A program made the translations under genes and the position numbers. Source: a virus. Taken from it: a stretch of DNA of 64,000 bases. Shown piece by piece: positions 37,696 through 48,026 of the stretch. Location of the stretch: positions 16,533 through 80,532 of IMG/VR virus record IMGVR_UViG_3300020171_000003; one strand, 5' to 3'. Under the pieces are notes generated by a model. The model was not told the origin of the DNA, did not search any database, and saw nothing but the letters and a program-made list of their open reading frames with translations. Within the stretch, counting starts at the first letter, position 1. The number at the start of each line of letters is the position of its first letter.

Positions 37696-39762
37696 TTGAA
37701 AATGAAAAAAAAGATATTATTTGTAGGTGAAGCACCTTACGCATTTACTGGTAATTCTAATATGATGAATGCTTTACTTTCATCTGTTGATACTGATAAA
37801 TACGAGGTGTGTTGTTTTGGTTCAGGTGAGTCTCAAATAAAAGGAGATTCTATATTTCATTCTATGCCTTTTACTATTATCCCTTCTTTCAAACACGGTG
37901 ATTTTTGGGGTAATGTCCATTTGTTAGAAGTTATTAATTCAAGTTCTTTTGATGTATTATTTATGGTAGGAATAGATTTGTGGAGATATGCTTCTATTTT
38001 TCCTGAAATAGTGAAATTAAGACAAGTTAAAAAATTTAAATGGGTATTTCTTTTTCCTTACGATTTTGAAAATTACAGACGAGAATGGGCAGGTTGGATT
38101 AATGCAATAGATATTCCGTTAGTTTATTCCCAGTATGGAGAAGATCTTTTAAAAGAATATCATCCTAATATTACTTACTTTAGACCACCTTTGTTTGGCT
38201 CAGAGATTTTTACTTCTTTCCCTGTTGAGCAAAAGAAGATGGAAAAAAGTAAAATATTTTCTCAAGTAGCAAACAAGTTTATTTTTGGTTTTATTGGTCA
38301 GAATCAATTACGAAAAGATCCTTTAAGAGTTTTAGAAGCTTTCTCTTTGTTCCATAAAAAGAATCCAAATACTGCTTTATATCTTCATACAGAAAATCAA
38401 GGTCCAAAAGGGGTTTATAATATAAATCAAGCTGTGTTTGATCTTGATTTTCCTCCACATACAATTTTACTTAAAAAAGAAGGTCAAATTTACAGTCAAT
38501 TGGATATGATCCGAATTTATAATGCAATTGATTGTTTAGTGAATGCTTCTTTTCAAGAAGGTTTATCTTGGACAGTTTTAGAAGCAATGTTATCAGGATG
38601 TCCTGTTATTGCTTCGGATACAACCGCTCATCCTGAGTTATTATGGGATGCAGGCATTCTTGTTAAAAGAACGGATCGAGTTCTTTTACCAATAGGAGGT
38701 ATTACTGAAGGTGTTGTTTATGCTTCTACTCATGCGTGTAATACTGAAAAATTAGCGGAAGCAATGGCTACTATGTATTTAAATGATGAATATAGATTAG
38801 AATGTTCTGAACAAGGTTTACTTAGAGGAAAAGAATGGTTAGCAAGTGTTTCTAATGTGAATGATGTTTTAGATGTTGTTTCTATAGAGAAACCGGTTCA
38901 AAGAGTAGAAAGAATAAAAGGTGTTTTATTTGGTCAAAAAGCAAGTGCTGGTGACATTCTAATGACTACACAATGTTTGAAAGGACTGAAAGAACTTCAT
39001 CCGGATTTGCCTTTAAATTACATGACTTCTCAAAAATATATGAATATTTTAGAAGGGAATCCGTATATTGAAAATATTTATTCTTGGGATGATTCTTTGC
39101 CTGCTCGTTTTGATTTTTATTACAATCCACATGAGCAACGTATTTTACCAGGACATTGGGGTAGAAACTCAAATTCCCTATTGTCGGACTTTTATTGGAA
39201 AATTTTAAAAGTAGAACCTGGTTCGTTTTTTATTTATCCTCAAGAAATTCCTTCTGAATTTTCAGTTAAAATTCTTTCAGTAGATAGACCCATTGCTGTT
39301 GTTTATTCCGCAGGAGCAGATAGACCTTTTAGAGAATACCAATATTTTGGAATAGTATGCAATGAGATTAAAGATAGATATGTTACAATTCAATTAGGAG
39401 GACATGATGATTATCCTGCAGGAGCAGAAATTGATCTAAGAGGACAACTAACTTATAGACAAGAAGCTTGGGTAGTCCAGAGAGCTTCACTTGGTTTAAC
39501 TGTGGATACTTTTGGAGCACATTTAGTAGGTGCTTTAGGTGTTTCTCAAGTTACTTTACCAGGTTCAAGTAATAGCAGGGTAGTTCAACCAAAACAAACA
39601 GCAGGTGATCTTATTATATTAGATCCTGATTATGTAAAAGTGTGTCCTGGTTTAGGGCCTTGTTCTGCAAGTGTTAGAGATTGTCCTTTGCCTTGTATTG
39701 GTTCTATTTCTCCTAAAAAAATTATAGAGTCAATTGATTTTATAGAAAGGAAGGGTTTATGA
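37696..39762 (+). CDS. Two-domain glycosyltransferase (GT4-like + GT9 heptosyltransferase-like)
   Basis: GQNQLRKD, EGLSWTVLEAMLSGCPVIASD; then SAGDILMTT, NPYIE, IDLRGQLT, VDTFGAHLVGALG. Confidence 0.88.
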   Translation: MKMKKKILFVGEAPYAFTGNSNMMNALLSSVDTDKYEVCCFGSGESQIKGDSIFHSMPFTIIPSFKHGDFWGNVHLLEVINSSSFDVLFMVGIDLWRYASIFPEIVKLRQVKKFKWVFLFPYDFENYRREWAGWINAIDIPLVYSQYGEDLLKEYHPNITYFRPPLFGSEIFTSFPVEQKKMEKSKIFSQVANKFIFGFIGQNQLRKDPLRVLEAFSLFHKKNPNTALYLHTENQGPKGVYNINQAVFDLDFPPHTILLKKEGQIYSQLDMIRIYNAIDCLVNASFQEGLSWTVLEAMLSGCPVIASDTTAHPELLWDAGILVKRTDRVLLPIGGITEGVVYASTHACNTEKLAEAMATMYLNDEYRLECSEQGLLRGKEWLASVSNVNDVLDVVSIEKPVQRVERIKGVLFGQKASAGDILMTTQCLKGLKELHPDLPLNYMTSQKYMNILEGNPYIENIYSWDDSLPARFDFYYNPHEQRILPGHWGRNSNSLLSDFYWKILKVEPGSFFIYPQEIPSEFSVKILSVDRPIAVVYSAGADRPFREYQYFGIVCNEIKDRYVTIQLGGHDDYPAGAEIDLRGQLTYRQEAWVVQRASLGLTVDTFGAHLVGALGVSQVTLPGSSNSRVVQPKQTAGDLIILDPDYVKVCPGLGPCSASVRDCPLPCIGSISPKKIIESIDFIERKGL

Positions 39763-40454
39763 GACCTTTAGTAATTGCTTCAAATATGTTAATGGAAGCG
39801 AACAATGATTTAGAAGGTTGGATTGAGAATATGCAACAAGTTACTGATTTGGGCATTCTTGTTGTGGACGGCGGTTCTACTGACGGAACAAAAGAGATTT
39901 TAGAGGCTGCTGGAGTTATTGTTATTACAGATAATATAATTCAAAGAGAAGGATACGGACCTGCAAGAAATCAATTAAGAAAACTTTGTAAAGAGAACTT
40001 TCCAGAAGCTCATTGGATGGCTTATTTTGATGCTGATGAAAGAATCAATGAAAAAGACATTCATTTTTTGAAATGGGTTCAAAACTATTTAAATGAAAGC
40101 GTTTCTGATGTTGTTGCTTTTCCAAGAATTGATTGGTTTGATAAAGAGAAAACTAAATCAAATAATGATATACGGATAGTTCCGGATTTTCAAGCAAGAA
40201 TGACAAGATTAAATGCTCCTTTGGAATATATAAGAATTTGTCATGAACAGATTGTAACAACTAAAGGCATTTTTTGTAATATAGATGTTTGTCCGCCTAT
40301 TCATCATTTTCATAGGTCAGCAAGTAAAGATAAGCGTGATTACATTGGTAAGGTCTGTGCTATGCTTCATTCTAAAGATCCATATGGACATACTTATCCG
40401 AAACACCATAAAGAAGATTATTATTTTGATTTGTATCAGAAAGAAGGTTTATGA
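39759..40454 (+). CDS. GT2 (GT-A) glycosyltransferase
   Basis: VVDGGSTDGTKEI, ARN, FDADE, PDFQAR, HEQI. Confidence 0.88.
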   Translation: MRPLVIASNMLMEANNDLEGWIENMQQVTDLGILVVDGGSTDGTKEILEAAGVIVITDNIIQREGYGPARNQLRKLCKENFPEAHWMAYFDADERINEKDIHFLKWVQNYLNESVSDVVAFPRIDWFDKEKTKSNNDIRIVPDFQARMTRLNAPLEYIRICHEQIVTTKGIFCNIDVCPPIHHFHRSASKDKRDYIGKVCAMLHSKDPYGHTYPKHHKEDYYFDLYQKEGL

Positions 40455-41083
40455 AGGAAGAAATTTTTATTTTTGGAAATTCTATGTGCTGTACTCCTTC
40501 TAAGGAATCTTATCTTGATTTACTGAAACAAGATTATGATGTTAACGGTATGTGGATGAGAGGAATGACAATTTGGCATGTTAATAAATATCTAAGAAAT
40601 ATTGTTAGAGGAGATAATTCTTGGATAATTATTAATGTAGGAATAGTTGAGGCTGTTACTAGAAAATCCTATCATGTTTTATACTATTGGTTAAATGAAT
40701 TACTTTCACATGATGCTGATGAACTGTTTAAAGAAACTATTTTACCATACTTGCAAAATATTTCTTTAAGTATGGATAAAGAAGATGTTTCTTTTTGGAA
40801 TATAATTCCATCCGGTTGTTTTTTACGGTTGTTTGAACTTTGTTTAAAAAAATTAGAAAGTTATAGAATCATTGTGGTAGGACCTGCTTATCCAAAACCT
40901 TTAGAAAATACTTCAAGATTTTCTATTTGTATTAATTATGCTTCTATTCTAAAAAATTTAGAAAAAATTTATTTTATTGATACTTGGAACAAGTGTAAAG
41001 AGGATTCTATTGATGATGCTCATTTGAATGCAAATGGACATAAAAAGATTTACAATCTCATAAAGGAGAAAATTAATGGATAA
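40451..41083 (+). CDS. SGNH/GDSL-fold esterase or acyltransferase
   Basis: IFGNS, NVGIVE, DDAHLNANGHKKI. Confidence 0.7.
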   Translation: MKEEIFIFGNSMCCTPSKESYLDLLKQDYDVNGMWMRGMTIWHVNKYLRNIVRGDNSWIIINVGIVEAVTRKSYHVLYYWLNELLSHDADELFKETILPYLQNISLSMDKEDVSFWNIIPSGCFLRLFELCLKKLESYRIIVVGPAYPKPLENTSRFSICINYASILKNLEKIYFIDTWNKCKEDSIDDAHLNANGHKKIYNLIKEKING

Positions 41084-42026
41084 AAGAAATGTGTTTACCT
41101 CTACAGGAATAAAATTATTACAACATCCGGAAGTCATACATTTTTTACAGAGAGGACGATTTATTCCTGTTTCATTACAAGTTGCCCCTACTTCAAGATG
41201 TAATTTGAATTGTTCCTTTTGTTCTAACAGCAAAAGGAGTAAACATGAAGATTTGGATAGAAATGAATTGTTTTATTTTATTGATGTTTTACAAAGAACA
41301 GGACTTAAAACAGTAGAAATCACTGGTGGCGGTGATCCTACAATGTATCATAGCATTAATGAGTTGATAGAGTGTATTTATGAATCTGATCTGGAAGTCG
41401 GATTAATTTCAAATGGTATTTTACTTAAAGAGAAAATTAGTCCTAGAAATTTAAATTCATTAACTTGGTTAAGAGTCTCTTTAAACTCGTTGGAGTATTG
41501 TGACGATATTGATTTACCTAAAATTAATGGTACACTGGGATTCAGTTTTGTAATTCATTCTAAAAATATAAATAACATATTAAAATATGGTAAAAGAATA
41601 AGAAAATTGGTGGATAAGTACCATGCTTCTTATGTCCGCATTGTTCCGGATTGTTTACCTGGAGAAGATGAAAAAAGATTGAATGTAATCTGTGAAGCTT
41701 TTGTTCGTGAATTTGGGGAACCGTTTTTCTTTCAAGAGAAGATTTTTAGGAAACCAGATAACTGTTGGTGGGGATATTTAAAACCGTTTCTTCTTCATGA
41801 TAAGTTTGTTTATCCTTGTAGTTCTGTTGTTCTTAATTCAGGATCTGAAGGAGTATTTCATGAAAAATTTAGAGTAGCTACTATGGATGATTTTCTTTTA
41901 AATTATAGACAAGGTTTTAAAGTAAATTCTTTTCCTACAGCTAATTGTGATAGGTGTGTTTTTGCAAATCAGAATGATATGGTAGATTCAATTTTGAATC
42001 CTAATAAAATGAGGAATTTTTTATAA
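41076..42026 (+). CDS. Radical SAM enzyme with C-terminal Cys-rich (SPASM/twitch-like) domain
   Basis: CNLNCSFC, ITGGGDP, ISNG, VYPC, CDRC. Confidence 0.9.
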   Translation: MDKRNVFTSTGIKLLQHPEVIHFLQRGRFIPVSLQVAPTSRCNLNCSFCSNSKRSKHEDLDRNELFYFIDVLQRTGLKTVEITGGGDPTMYHSINELIECIYESDLEVGLISNGILLKEKISPRNLNSLTWLRVSLNSLEYCDDIDLPKINGTLGFSFVIHSKNINNILKYGKRIRKLVDKYHASYVRIVPDCLPGEDEKRLNVICEAFVREFGEPFFFQEKIFRKPDNCWWGYLKPFLLHDKFVYPCSSVVLNSGSEGVFHEKFRVATMDDFLLNYRQGFKVNSFPTANCDRCVFANQNDMVDSILNPNKMRNFL

Positions 42027-42556
42027 TGAGAAAATTACAAATAGGTCCAGGAAAAGCTTATTTCCCCGGATGGGACAATGTGGATATATTTTCAAATGTT
42101 CGGGCAGATCTTTATGCCTCTGCTCTTGCTTTACCTTACGAACCTGAAACTTTTGATTTGTTATATAGTTCACATGTCCTTGAGCATATAAATAGAAACA
42201 TGACAGTAGCAGCATTGAGTCATTGGCATTCGTTGTTACGCAAAGGAGGGGTGCTTCGTTTAGCGGTTCCCAGTTTCTCTGCTGTTGTTGAGTACTATAA
42301 TAAAGAAAAAGATTTGGTTCCTTTACTTGGTCTTCTATTTGGAGGACAAAGGTTTATTTTAGATTCTCATTGTTGTGTCTTTGATGAAATGTTTTTAACC
42401 AAGTTATTAAAACAAGTAGGATTTACTGAAATAAGAAAATGGGATTGGAGAAAGACGGAACATGCTCAATTTGATGATTATTCCCAAGCGTATCTTCCCC
42501 ATATGGATAAAGAAGAAGGTCTTCTAATGTCTTTGAATATGGAGGCCGTAAAATGA
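42026..42556 (+). CDS. Class I SAM-dependent methyltransferase
   Basis: LQIGPG, SSHVLEH, LRKGGVLRLAVP. Confidence 0.88.
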   Translation: MRKLQIGPGKAYFPGWDNVDIFSNVRADLYASALALPYEPETFDLLYSSHVLEHINRNMTVAALSHWHSLLRKGGVLRLAVPSFSAVVEYYNKEKDLVPLLGLLFGGQRFILDSHCCVFDEMFLTKLLKQVGFTEIRKWDWRKTEHAQFDDYSQAYLPHMDKEEGLLMSLNMEAVK

Positions 42557-43830
42557 AAAATATTTATATTTATGATCCAGAACCTTTTCTTCATGATTAT
42601 GTTTCTCATAAATTTTTAACTCCTTTATTGAAGTATGGTACTACTAAAGGAATGACTATTAAAAAGATAAACTCTTTTGATGAAGCGAAAAACGGAATAG
42701 TTTTATCTTTCAGTGGACATTTAAAATCAGATGTTATTAAGAAATTAAAAGAGGATAATAACTTTATTGGTTCTTTTGATATTACAGATAGCACATGGTT
42801 AAGTGAAGCTTATAGATGGGATCATGAAGCTTGTTCTTCTTTAGATGCTATTTTTAAATTTAGCGGAATTCCAAAGTATCAATATTCACAAGAACTCCAG
42901 ATAGGTGAAGATTTAACTTATTATAAACATGATTATCCTTACATGGAAGATAAAGAATGGCAGTATTTTTGTAACTTGAAAGAAAACAATAAAATTATAC
43001 CTATGCCTCATATTCCGTGGCAGCAATATAATATTGTTCCTATTCACTATTTAAAGAAAAGAGACGTTCTTGTAAGGGGAGGAAATCATTATTTACGTTT
43101 TCATTTGTTTCTTAATTTTTTAAAATTTGGATTAACAAGTAAATGGTCCGGTTTCTTTATGGCTGATTATCATAAATCTAAAATGGATGCAGATCATAGA
43201 TTTTGTGATAATTGTTGTGAAATATGGAACAGAAATAATAATAGATTTCCTTATGAAGAATACTTAAATATTCCTATTTATGAGAAATGTAATAATGGTC
43301 ATATTCCTTGGCCTATTACGGATGAAACCACTTTTCAGAATAAGAACAATCATAGATGGAATAATAAATGTATTCCTATTTATTATTGGTTAACAGAAAC
43401 TTTTGTTAATAAACACGGATATGTGGACATGAAGAAAGTAGAGGATTGTTTCTCTATTTTTTATCTTCATCCGGATGATTTAGGGAATGTTTTAGCTCAC
43501 CATTTATTTACAGCAGATTATAAATGGATTTATAGCATTGATATTCCTCCAAGATTTTGGGAATGTAGTGCGGCGAAAACAGTAAGCTTAATGCCAAGAT
43601 GGACAAGAAATCAAACTCATTTTCCAAATTTGATTGAGAATGAGCATTATATTACTTTTGATGAGGCTTTTGAAGACCTTGAATTAGTAATGGACACAAA
43701 ACAAGAACAATATGACCATATAACAAATAATTGTTATAATTTATATCAAAAATGGATTAAAGGTGAAGAATACGGAATATCAATTAATTTGATGAATCAT
43801 ATATTTAATCAGATTGAAGAAAGGATATAA
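42553..43830 (+). CDS. Probable GT-B glycosyltransferase (Glyco_trans_1_2-like C-terminus)
   Basis: DVLVRGG, PRFWECSAAKT, LIENEHYI, ITNNCYNLY. Confidence 0.6.
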   Translation: MKNIYIYDPEPFLHDYVSHKFLTPLLKYGTTKGMTIKKINSFDEAKNGIVLSFSGHLKSDVIKKLKEDNNFIGSFDITDSTWLSEAYRWDHEACSSLDAIFKFSGIPKYQYSQELQIGEDLTYYKHDYPYMEDKEWQYFCNLKENNKIIPMPHIPWQQYNIVPIHYLKKRDVLVRGGNHYLRFHLFLNFLKFGLTSKWSGFFMADYHKSKMDADHRFCDNCCEIWNRNNNRFPYEEYLNIPIYEKCNNGHIPWPITDETTFQNKNNHRWNNKCIPIYYWLTETFVNKHGYVDMKKVEDCFSIFYLHPDDLGNVLAHHLFTADYKWIYSIDIPPRFWECSAAKTVSLMPRWTRNQTHFPNLIENEHYITFDEAFEDLELVMDTKQEQYDHITNNCYNLYQKWIKGEEYGISINLMNHIFNQIEERI

Positions 43831-44430
43831 ATGCATTACGATATTGATTACTTTGAAAACGGATTAGAAACAGGTAAAAGTTGCTATCAGAATTACCGTT
43901 GGTTACCTGAAGAAACTCTTTCCTTAGCTATGCGTTTCATTGATCATTTTAATTTAACTCCTGAGGATACTATCTTGGATTACGGATGTTCCAAAGGATA
44001 TTTAGTGAAAGCTTTTCGTTTACTTCATAGAAAAGCTTTTGGTTATGATATAAGTCCTTATGCTTTATCTTGTGCTCCTCCGGAAGTAAAAGATTTTTGT
44101 TTTGATTATCTACCAAGAAGACCTTTTAATTTTTGCATTGCTAAAGATGTTTTTGAACATATTTCTTTACCAGATTTGCAAAGACTTTTAACAGGAAATT
44201 TAAATACAAATACTCTCTTTGCAATTATTCCTCTTGGTGATAATAAAATTTATAGATCTTCAATAAATAATCTTGATCCCTCTCACATTGTCTGTTATAG
44301 TGAGGTAGAATGGATGAAATTTTTCGGAAAATGTGGTTGGATTGTGAAAGATTTTACTTTTAGTTTTCCAGGATTAAAAGAACATCATCCTGAAAGATCA
44401 CACGGTTTTTTTACTTTGGTGGAAGTATGA
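43831..44430 (+). CDS. Class I SAM-dependent methyltransferase
   Basis: ILDYGCSKG, GYDISPYA, KDVFEHI. Confidence 0.9.
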   Translation: MHYDIDYFENGLETGKSCYQNYRWLPEETLSLAMRFIDHFNLTPEDTILDYGCSKGYLVKAFRLLHRKAFGYDISPYALSCAPPEVKDFCFDYLPRRPFNFCIAKDVFEHISLPDLQRLLTGNLNTNTLFAIIPLGDNKIYRSSINNLDPSHIVCYSEVEWMKFFGKCGWIVKDFTFSFPGLKEHHPERSHGFFTLVEV

Positions 44431-44825
44431 ATGAATTTAAATTAGATTTATTTGTTCTTAATTCGGAAAGAAATCTTAACCAACCTTTTATTTGGGAAGA
44501 TTTTTCAAAACACCATATATTAGGTGATGTATATTTAGTCAATAATAATTTACAGATAAATAGTACCAAGAAGTATAGTCCTTACTTCTTTTTGATTTAT
44601 GATGATGAGATGATAGAAGAACAAGCGACCGTAGCTCTCCGTTCATTTGCTGATGCGGAGTATGATGTTGTAAAGCTATATAAGAAAGAGAAAGATGATA
44701 AAATAAGTATACAACCGAGATTTTTTAAATCAAGTATAGTTTTACCTGAATTTGGGTTATTACCAAATAATTGGAAAGAATTAAATATGGAGACTTGTTT
44801 AAATGGCTTTCTCTTTACAGTTTGA
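44427..44825 (+). CDS. Small degenerate GT-A-like protein
   Basis: FFLIYDDE and QPRFFK echo the DADE and QAR motifs of the GT2 at 39759. Confidence 0.4.
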   Translation: MNEFKLDLFVLNSERNLNQPFIWEDFSKHHILGDVYLVNNNLQINSTKKYSPYFFLIYDDEMIEEQATVALRSFADAEYDVVKLYKKEKDDKISIQPRFFKSSIVLPEFGLLPNNWKELNMETCLNGFLFTV

Positions 44826-45357
44826 GTTAAATCCGAATGATAAAAGGAAGTTTCTTACCGCTTGTGATAGATTGATGGCTAATATACCACACGCAAGCAG
44901 AAAGATTAATCAGGATTCAGCTTATGCTTTGCAACAAAATTTGATTTCCAATATTTCAAGTCAAAAGTTTTCTTATCCGGCTCATAATGAGCGTTACTCA
45001 GAATGGAAACAACAATACGGTAAAGGTAAAGGTAAATCAGATTTCTGGAATTTATATGGTGATTTATTAAAAGCTATTCAAGTGAAAATAGTACAATGGA
45101 AAGATCAGTCTGAATTTTTTGTAGGGATTCCTCCTAAGATTCAAGATTCTGGAGGGAAATCTTGGTTTGGTGTAGGGGAAAAAGGAGCAACAAAAGAAAT
45201 TTTAAGTTATGCACTTATTATGGAAAAAGGCGGTCAGAATGGGAAACAACCGCCCAGACCTTTATTCGAACCTACAGAAGGAGAATTTGGAGCTTCTGAT
45301 AGAAGATCAAGAATTGCTAACCAAGGACTAATAAGGATTTTACAATCATGGAGATAA
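44803..45357 (+). CDS. Neck/tail-completion protein (HK97 gp10-like)
   Basis: GDLLKAI, YALIMEKG, QPPRPLFEP. Confidence 0.7.
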   Translation: MAFSLQFELNPNDKRKFLTACDRLMANIPHASRKINQDSAYALQQNLISNISSQKFSYPAHNERYSEWKQQYGKGKGKSDFWNLYGDLLKAIQVKIVQWKDQSEFFVGIPPKIQDSGGKSWFGVGEKGATKEILSYALIMEKGGQNGKQPPRPLFEPTEGEFGASDRRSRIANQGLIRILQSWR

Positions 45358-45928
45358 ATATTGAAGAAGCTGAAAAGTATTTAGATTTTATTGATGTAAA
45401 GTATTTTGAAGCAAAGAAGAATGGTATGTCCAGATTTGATGTAAAATGGGGTGTTTGGTCTGTTGTCATGAATAGAGAACTCCGAAATAAAGAGAAAGAA
45501 AATCCTTTATTAGTTTCTGTTTTTATGTATTGGGTAGCAGCCTCTCAATTATTGCAGTTATGTTTTAAACATAAGGTTTTAAAGAATTTAGCAAAAAAGA
45601 AATTGAGACAAGAGATGGAGAGTCTTAAAAATAGGATAAAAGAAGGTATTGCACCTGAGGAATCTATTCAAGAATTTGTTATTAAAGGAATTAAGAAATA
45701 ATGGAACTTATTGATAAGAAAATAATAAAGATGGATTTTCTTATTGGATTATCTTCTGATGATATAGAAAATCTTTTCTATATTTTACAGAGGACAGAAG
45801 TACTTTTGGACGAAAAAGATCCTTTAAGTGTAAAAGCTCATCACTTTTTTGTCCATACATTTTTTAAATTTATTTTAGATTTGAAAGAGGAGATTGATTC
45901 TAATGGCATTGGATCCGACCGCTCGTAA
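45348..45928 (+). CDS. Two hypothetical genes (45348-45701, 45701-45928)
   Basis: Packed ORFs. Confidence 0.5.
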
Positions 45929-46364
45929 AGCAAATGTGAAGGATTCTATAAAGAAGTATTTTATAGATACAGTTCAAACCATAGAAGGTGTACCTGTTTC
46001 TTTTGATACTTCGGCAAGAACGCCTAAATTGACAGGGCAACCTAAAGAAGTCTTACAATGGGTCGGGATTGATCTTGGTTCTTTTTCAATATCAGATTGG
46101 ACAGAATTTTATATTATGATCTTTTGTTGTACGAGAAAAGATTATGAAGGTTTTAAATTAGCACAATTAAGAGATAAGGTGGTTGGATATTTAACAGCGA
46201 ATAGTGGAAGTATTCCTTTTTATAGAAGCTATTCAGATCAAGCTTGGACATTACTTGGCGGTATGACAGTTTTAAATGTATTAGAATCAGAAGAAATGCA
46301 AGCTCCGGACGAAACCAAGTATGTAATGCTAACCTGTAGAATAGGATTTGTGAGCAAATTATGA
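45903..46364 (+). CDS. Probable tail terminator
   Basis: GAGGAG RBS before ATG 45903; position before the tail tube gene. Confidence 0.6.
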   Translation: MALDPTARKANVKDSIKKYFIDTVQTIEGVPVSFDTSARTPKLTGQPKEVLQWVGIDLGSFSISDWTEFYIMIFCCTRKDYEGFKLAQLRDKVVGYLTANSGSIPFYRSYSDQAWTLLGGMTVLNVLESEEMQAPDETKYVMLTCRIGFVSKL

Positions 46365-46630
46365 GCAATCAAAAAGTTTTTTTACAATGTGATGTGTGTG
46401 GTAAAAATATTATTGAAAGATTGCCAAACGGTCTTTTTAGATTTATGTTTGGAAAAAAAGGAGAGGAAGATTTTCCTCCTGTAGAAATTTTGATTCATGG
46501 AAATATTAAAATGAGATGTTTAAGGAGAAGTTGCAAAGAATGGAATGTTTTCAACTTTTTACCTTTTGCCGAAATCCAATCGGAAACGAAGTTCTCCGTA
46601 GATAATTCAAAAAGAAGGGAGGTGAAATAA
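46361..46630 (+). CDS. Small Zn-ribbon protein (Com-like)
   Basis: CDVC...CLRRSC. Confidence 0.5.
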   Translation: MSNQKVFLQCDVCGKNIIERLPNGLFRFMFGKKGEEDFPPVEILIHGNIKMRCLRRSCKEWNVFNFLPFAEIQSETKFSVDNSKRREVK

Positions 46631-46631
46631 T

Positions 46632-47225
46632 ATGGCTATTACTGGACCTGTTACAAAAAATACAACCACTCCTGTTATAGGATTGGCGCAAATTCGTTTA
46701 GGATCGTCTGGAACCAATATTGCAAGTGTTGCTCCTGTTTTGACTGCTAGCAATTCAATTGGTTCTGTGGCAAGTACTAAATTTGTATCTGCTATTGACT
46801 TTTTCAGATTGGAGTCTGGTTATCCTTTAATGGAGGATGCTGCTTATCCGATTCGTGAGAAAGCTTCAATGGAAGTTGCTTTTAAAGAAATTACCCCGGC
46901 TAACATTGCTTATGCTCTTGGTTTAGATGGTGCTTCTGGAGAATATTCTGCGGCTCATTCTGGTGAAATTTCTTTAGGAACTGTCAAAACTCCAGCTTTT
47001 ATTCGTTTGGAGTCTGTTTATACTTATCCTGATGGAAGTAATAAAATGCAGATCATTTTCCCCAGGGCTCAGATTTTGTCTAATGTTGAGTTAGATCATA
47101 ATGCAGAGGAGCCTTTGGCTACTCCTATGATGATTGAAGCAAAACGGGCAGATTCTAATGTTGATGGTGGGAATGCTGTTTGGGATAATAAACCTTATGG
47201 ACGAATTTTTTGGTCCGTTTCATAA
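46632..47225 (+). CDS. Major tail tube protein (2 SGE motifs)
   Basis: Beta-rich 197 aa; FKEITPANIAYALG, IIFPRAQI; strong RBS; precedes chaperones and tape measure. Confidence 0.75.
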   Translation: MAITGPVTKNTTTPVIGLAQIRLGSSGTNIASVAPVLTASNSIGSVASTKFVSAIDFFRLESGYPLMEDAAYPIREKASMEVAFKEITPANIAYALGLDGASGEYSAAHSGEISLGTVKTPAFIRLESVYTYPDGSNKMQIIFPRAQILSNVELDHNAEEPLATPMMIEAKRADSNVDGGNAVWDNKPYGRIFWSVS

Positions 47226-47245
47226 GTAAGTAGAAGGAGTTTAAA

Positions 47246-48012
47246 ATGAAAACCGTGGAGAACGAGTTAAATCAACTTAATCCGAGGATTTTGAATGTCA
47301 CAGTAGGCATAAGAAATCCTCGGAAAATTAAAATGTATCCTTTATCATTGAAGGATGAAACAGACTTATTAGATTTGATTAAAGAAGGGATGGAAGGTTT
47401 AGCAAAGTTAGGTGAAGCAGAAACCGATACCCTTGAAGTAGTAGATTTTGTTTCATTTCTTATTCAGTATATTGTAACAAATATAGGAACAGTTTTAACA
47501 AAGGTTATTGATGAGTATTCGGATGATTTGCTTTCTGAAATTGATAATGAGCAAGCTATGGATATTGCGACACAATTTTTGACGCAAAATTTCGGGGGGA
47601 TAGCAAAAAAAGCACAGAGCTTCCTGGGGCTGGAGGGGGAAGGTCTATCTCTCCTGTGGAAGCAATTTGCACAGTCCTCTCCGGATATCCCCAATTCGGT
47701 TTCGAACATTTTTTCCGATATAGTTTCAAAGAAGGAGGACTTACAAGAAGCCAGTTAAAAGTATTGTATAATGAGTGGGAAAAAAGGGAAAATGAGAAAG
47801 TAAAAATCCAAGTTGCACTACATGGAGGAAAAATAGACGATACTTTCCCAACCGAAACAGCGCATAATTCAACAACAAAAGAACAATCTTTTGTTTTCCG
47901 ATCACCTGAAGATTATGAAAAAATGTCTTTAGAAGATCGCAAAGAATTAACGGAAAAGATGTTAAGAGCGCATAAATCAGCACTTGCTGAGTCTAAGACC
48001 TCTCTTGTTTAA
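47246..48012 (+). CDS. Tail assembly chaperone pair with predicted -1 frameshift
   Basis: ORF 47246-47758 overlaps ORF ending 48012 in the -1 frame; A AAA AAA at 47605-47611 plus downstream hairpin. Confidence 0.75.
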
Positions 48013-48026
48013 TGAAAGGTAAATAA

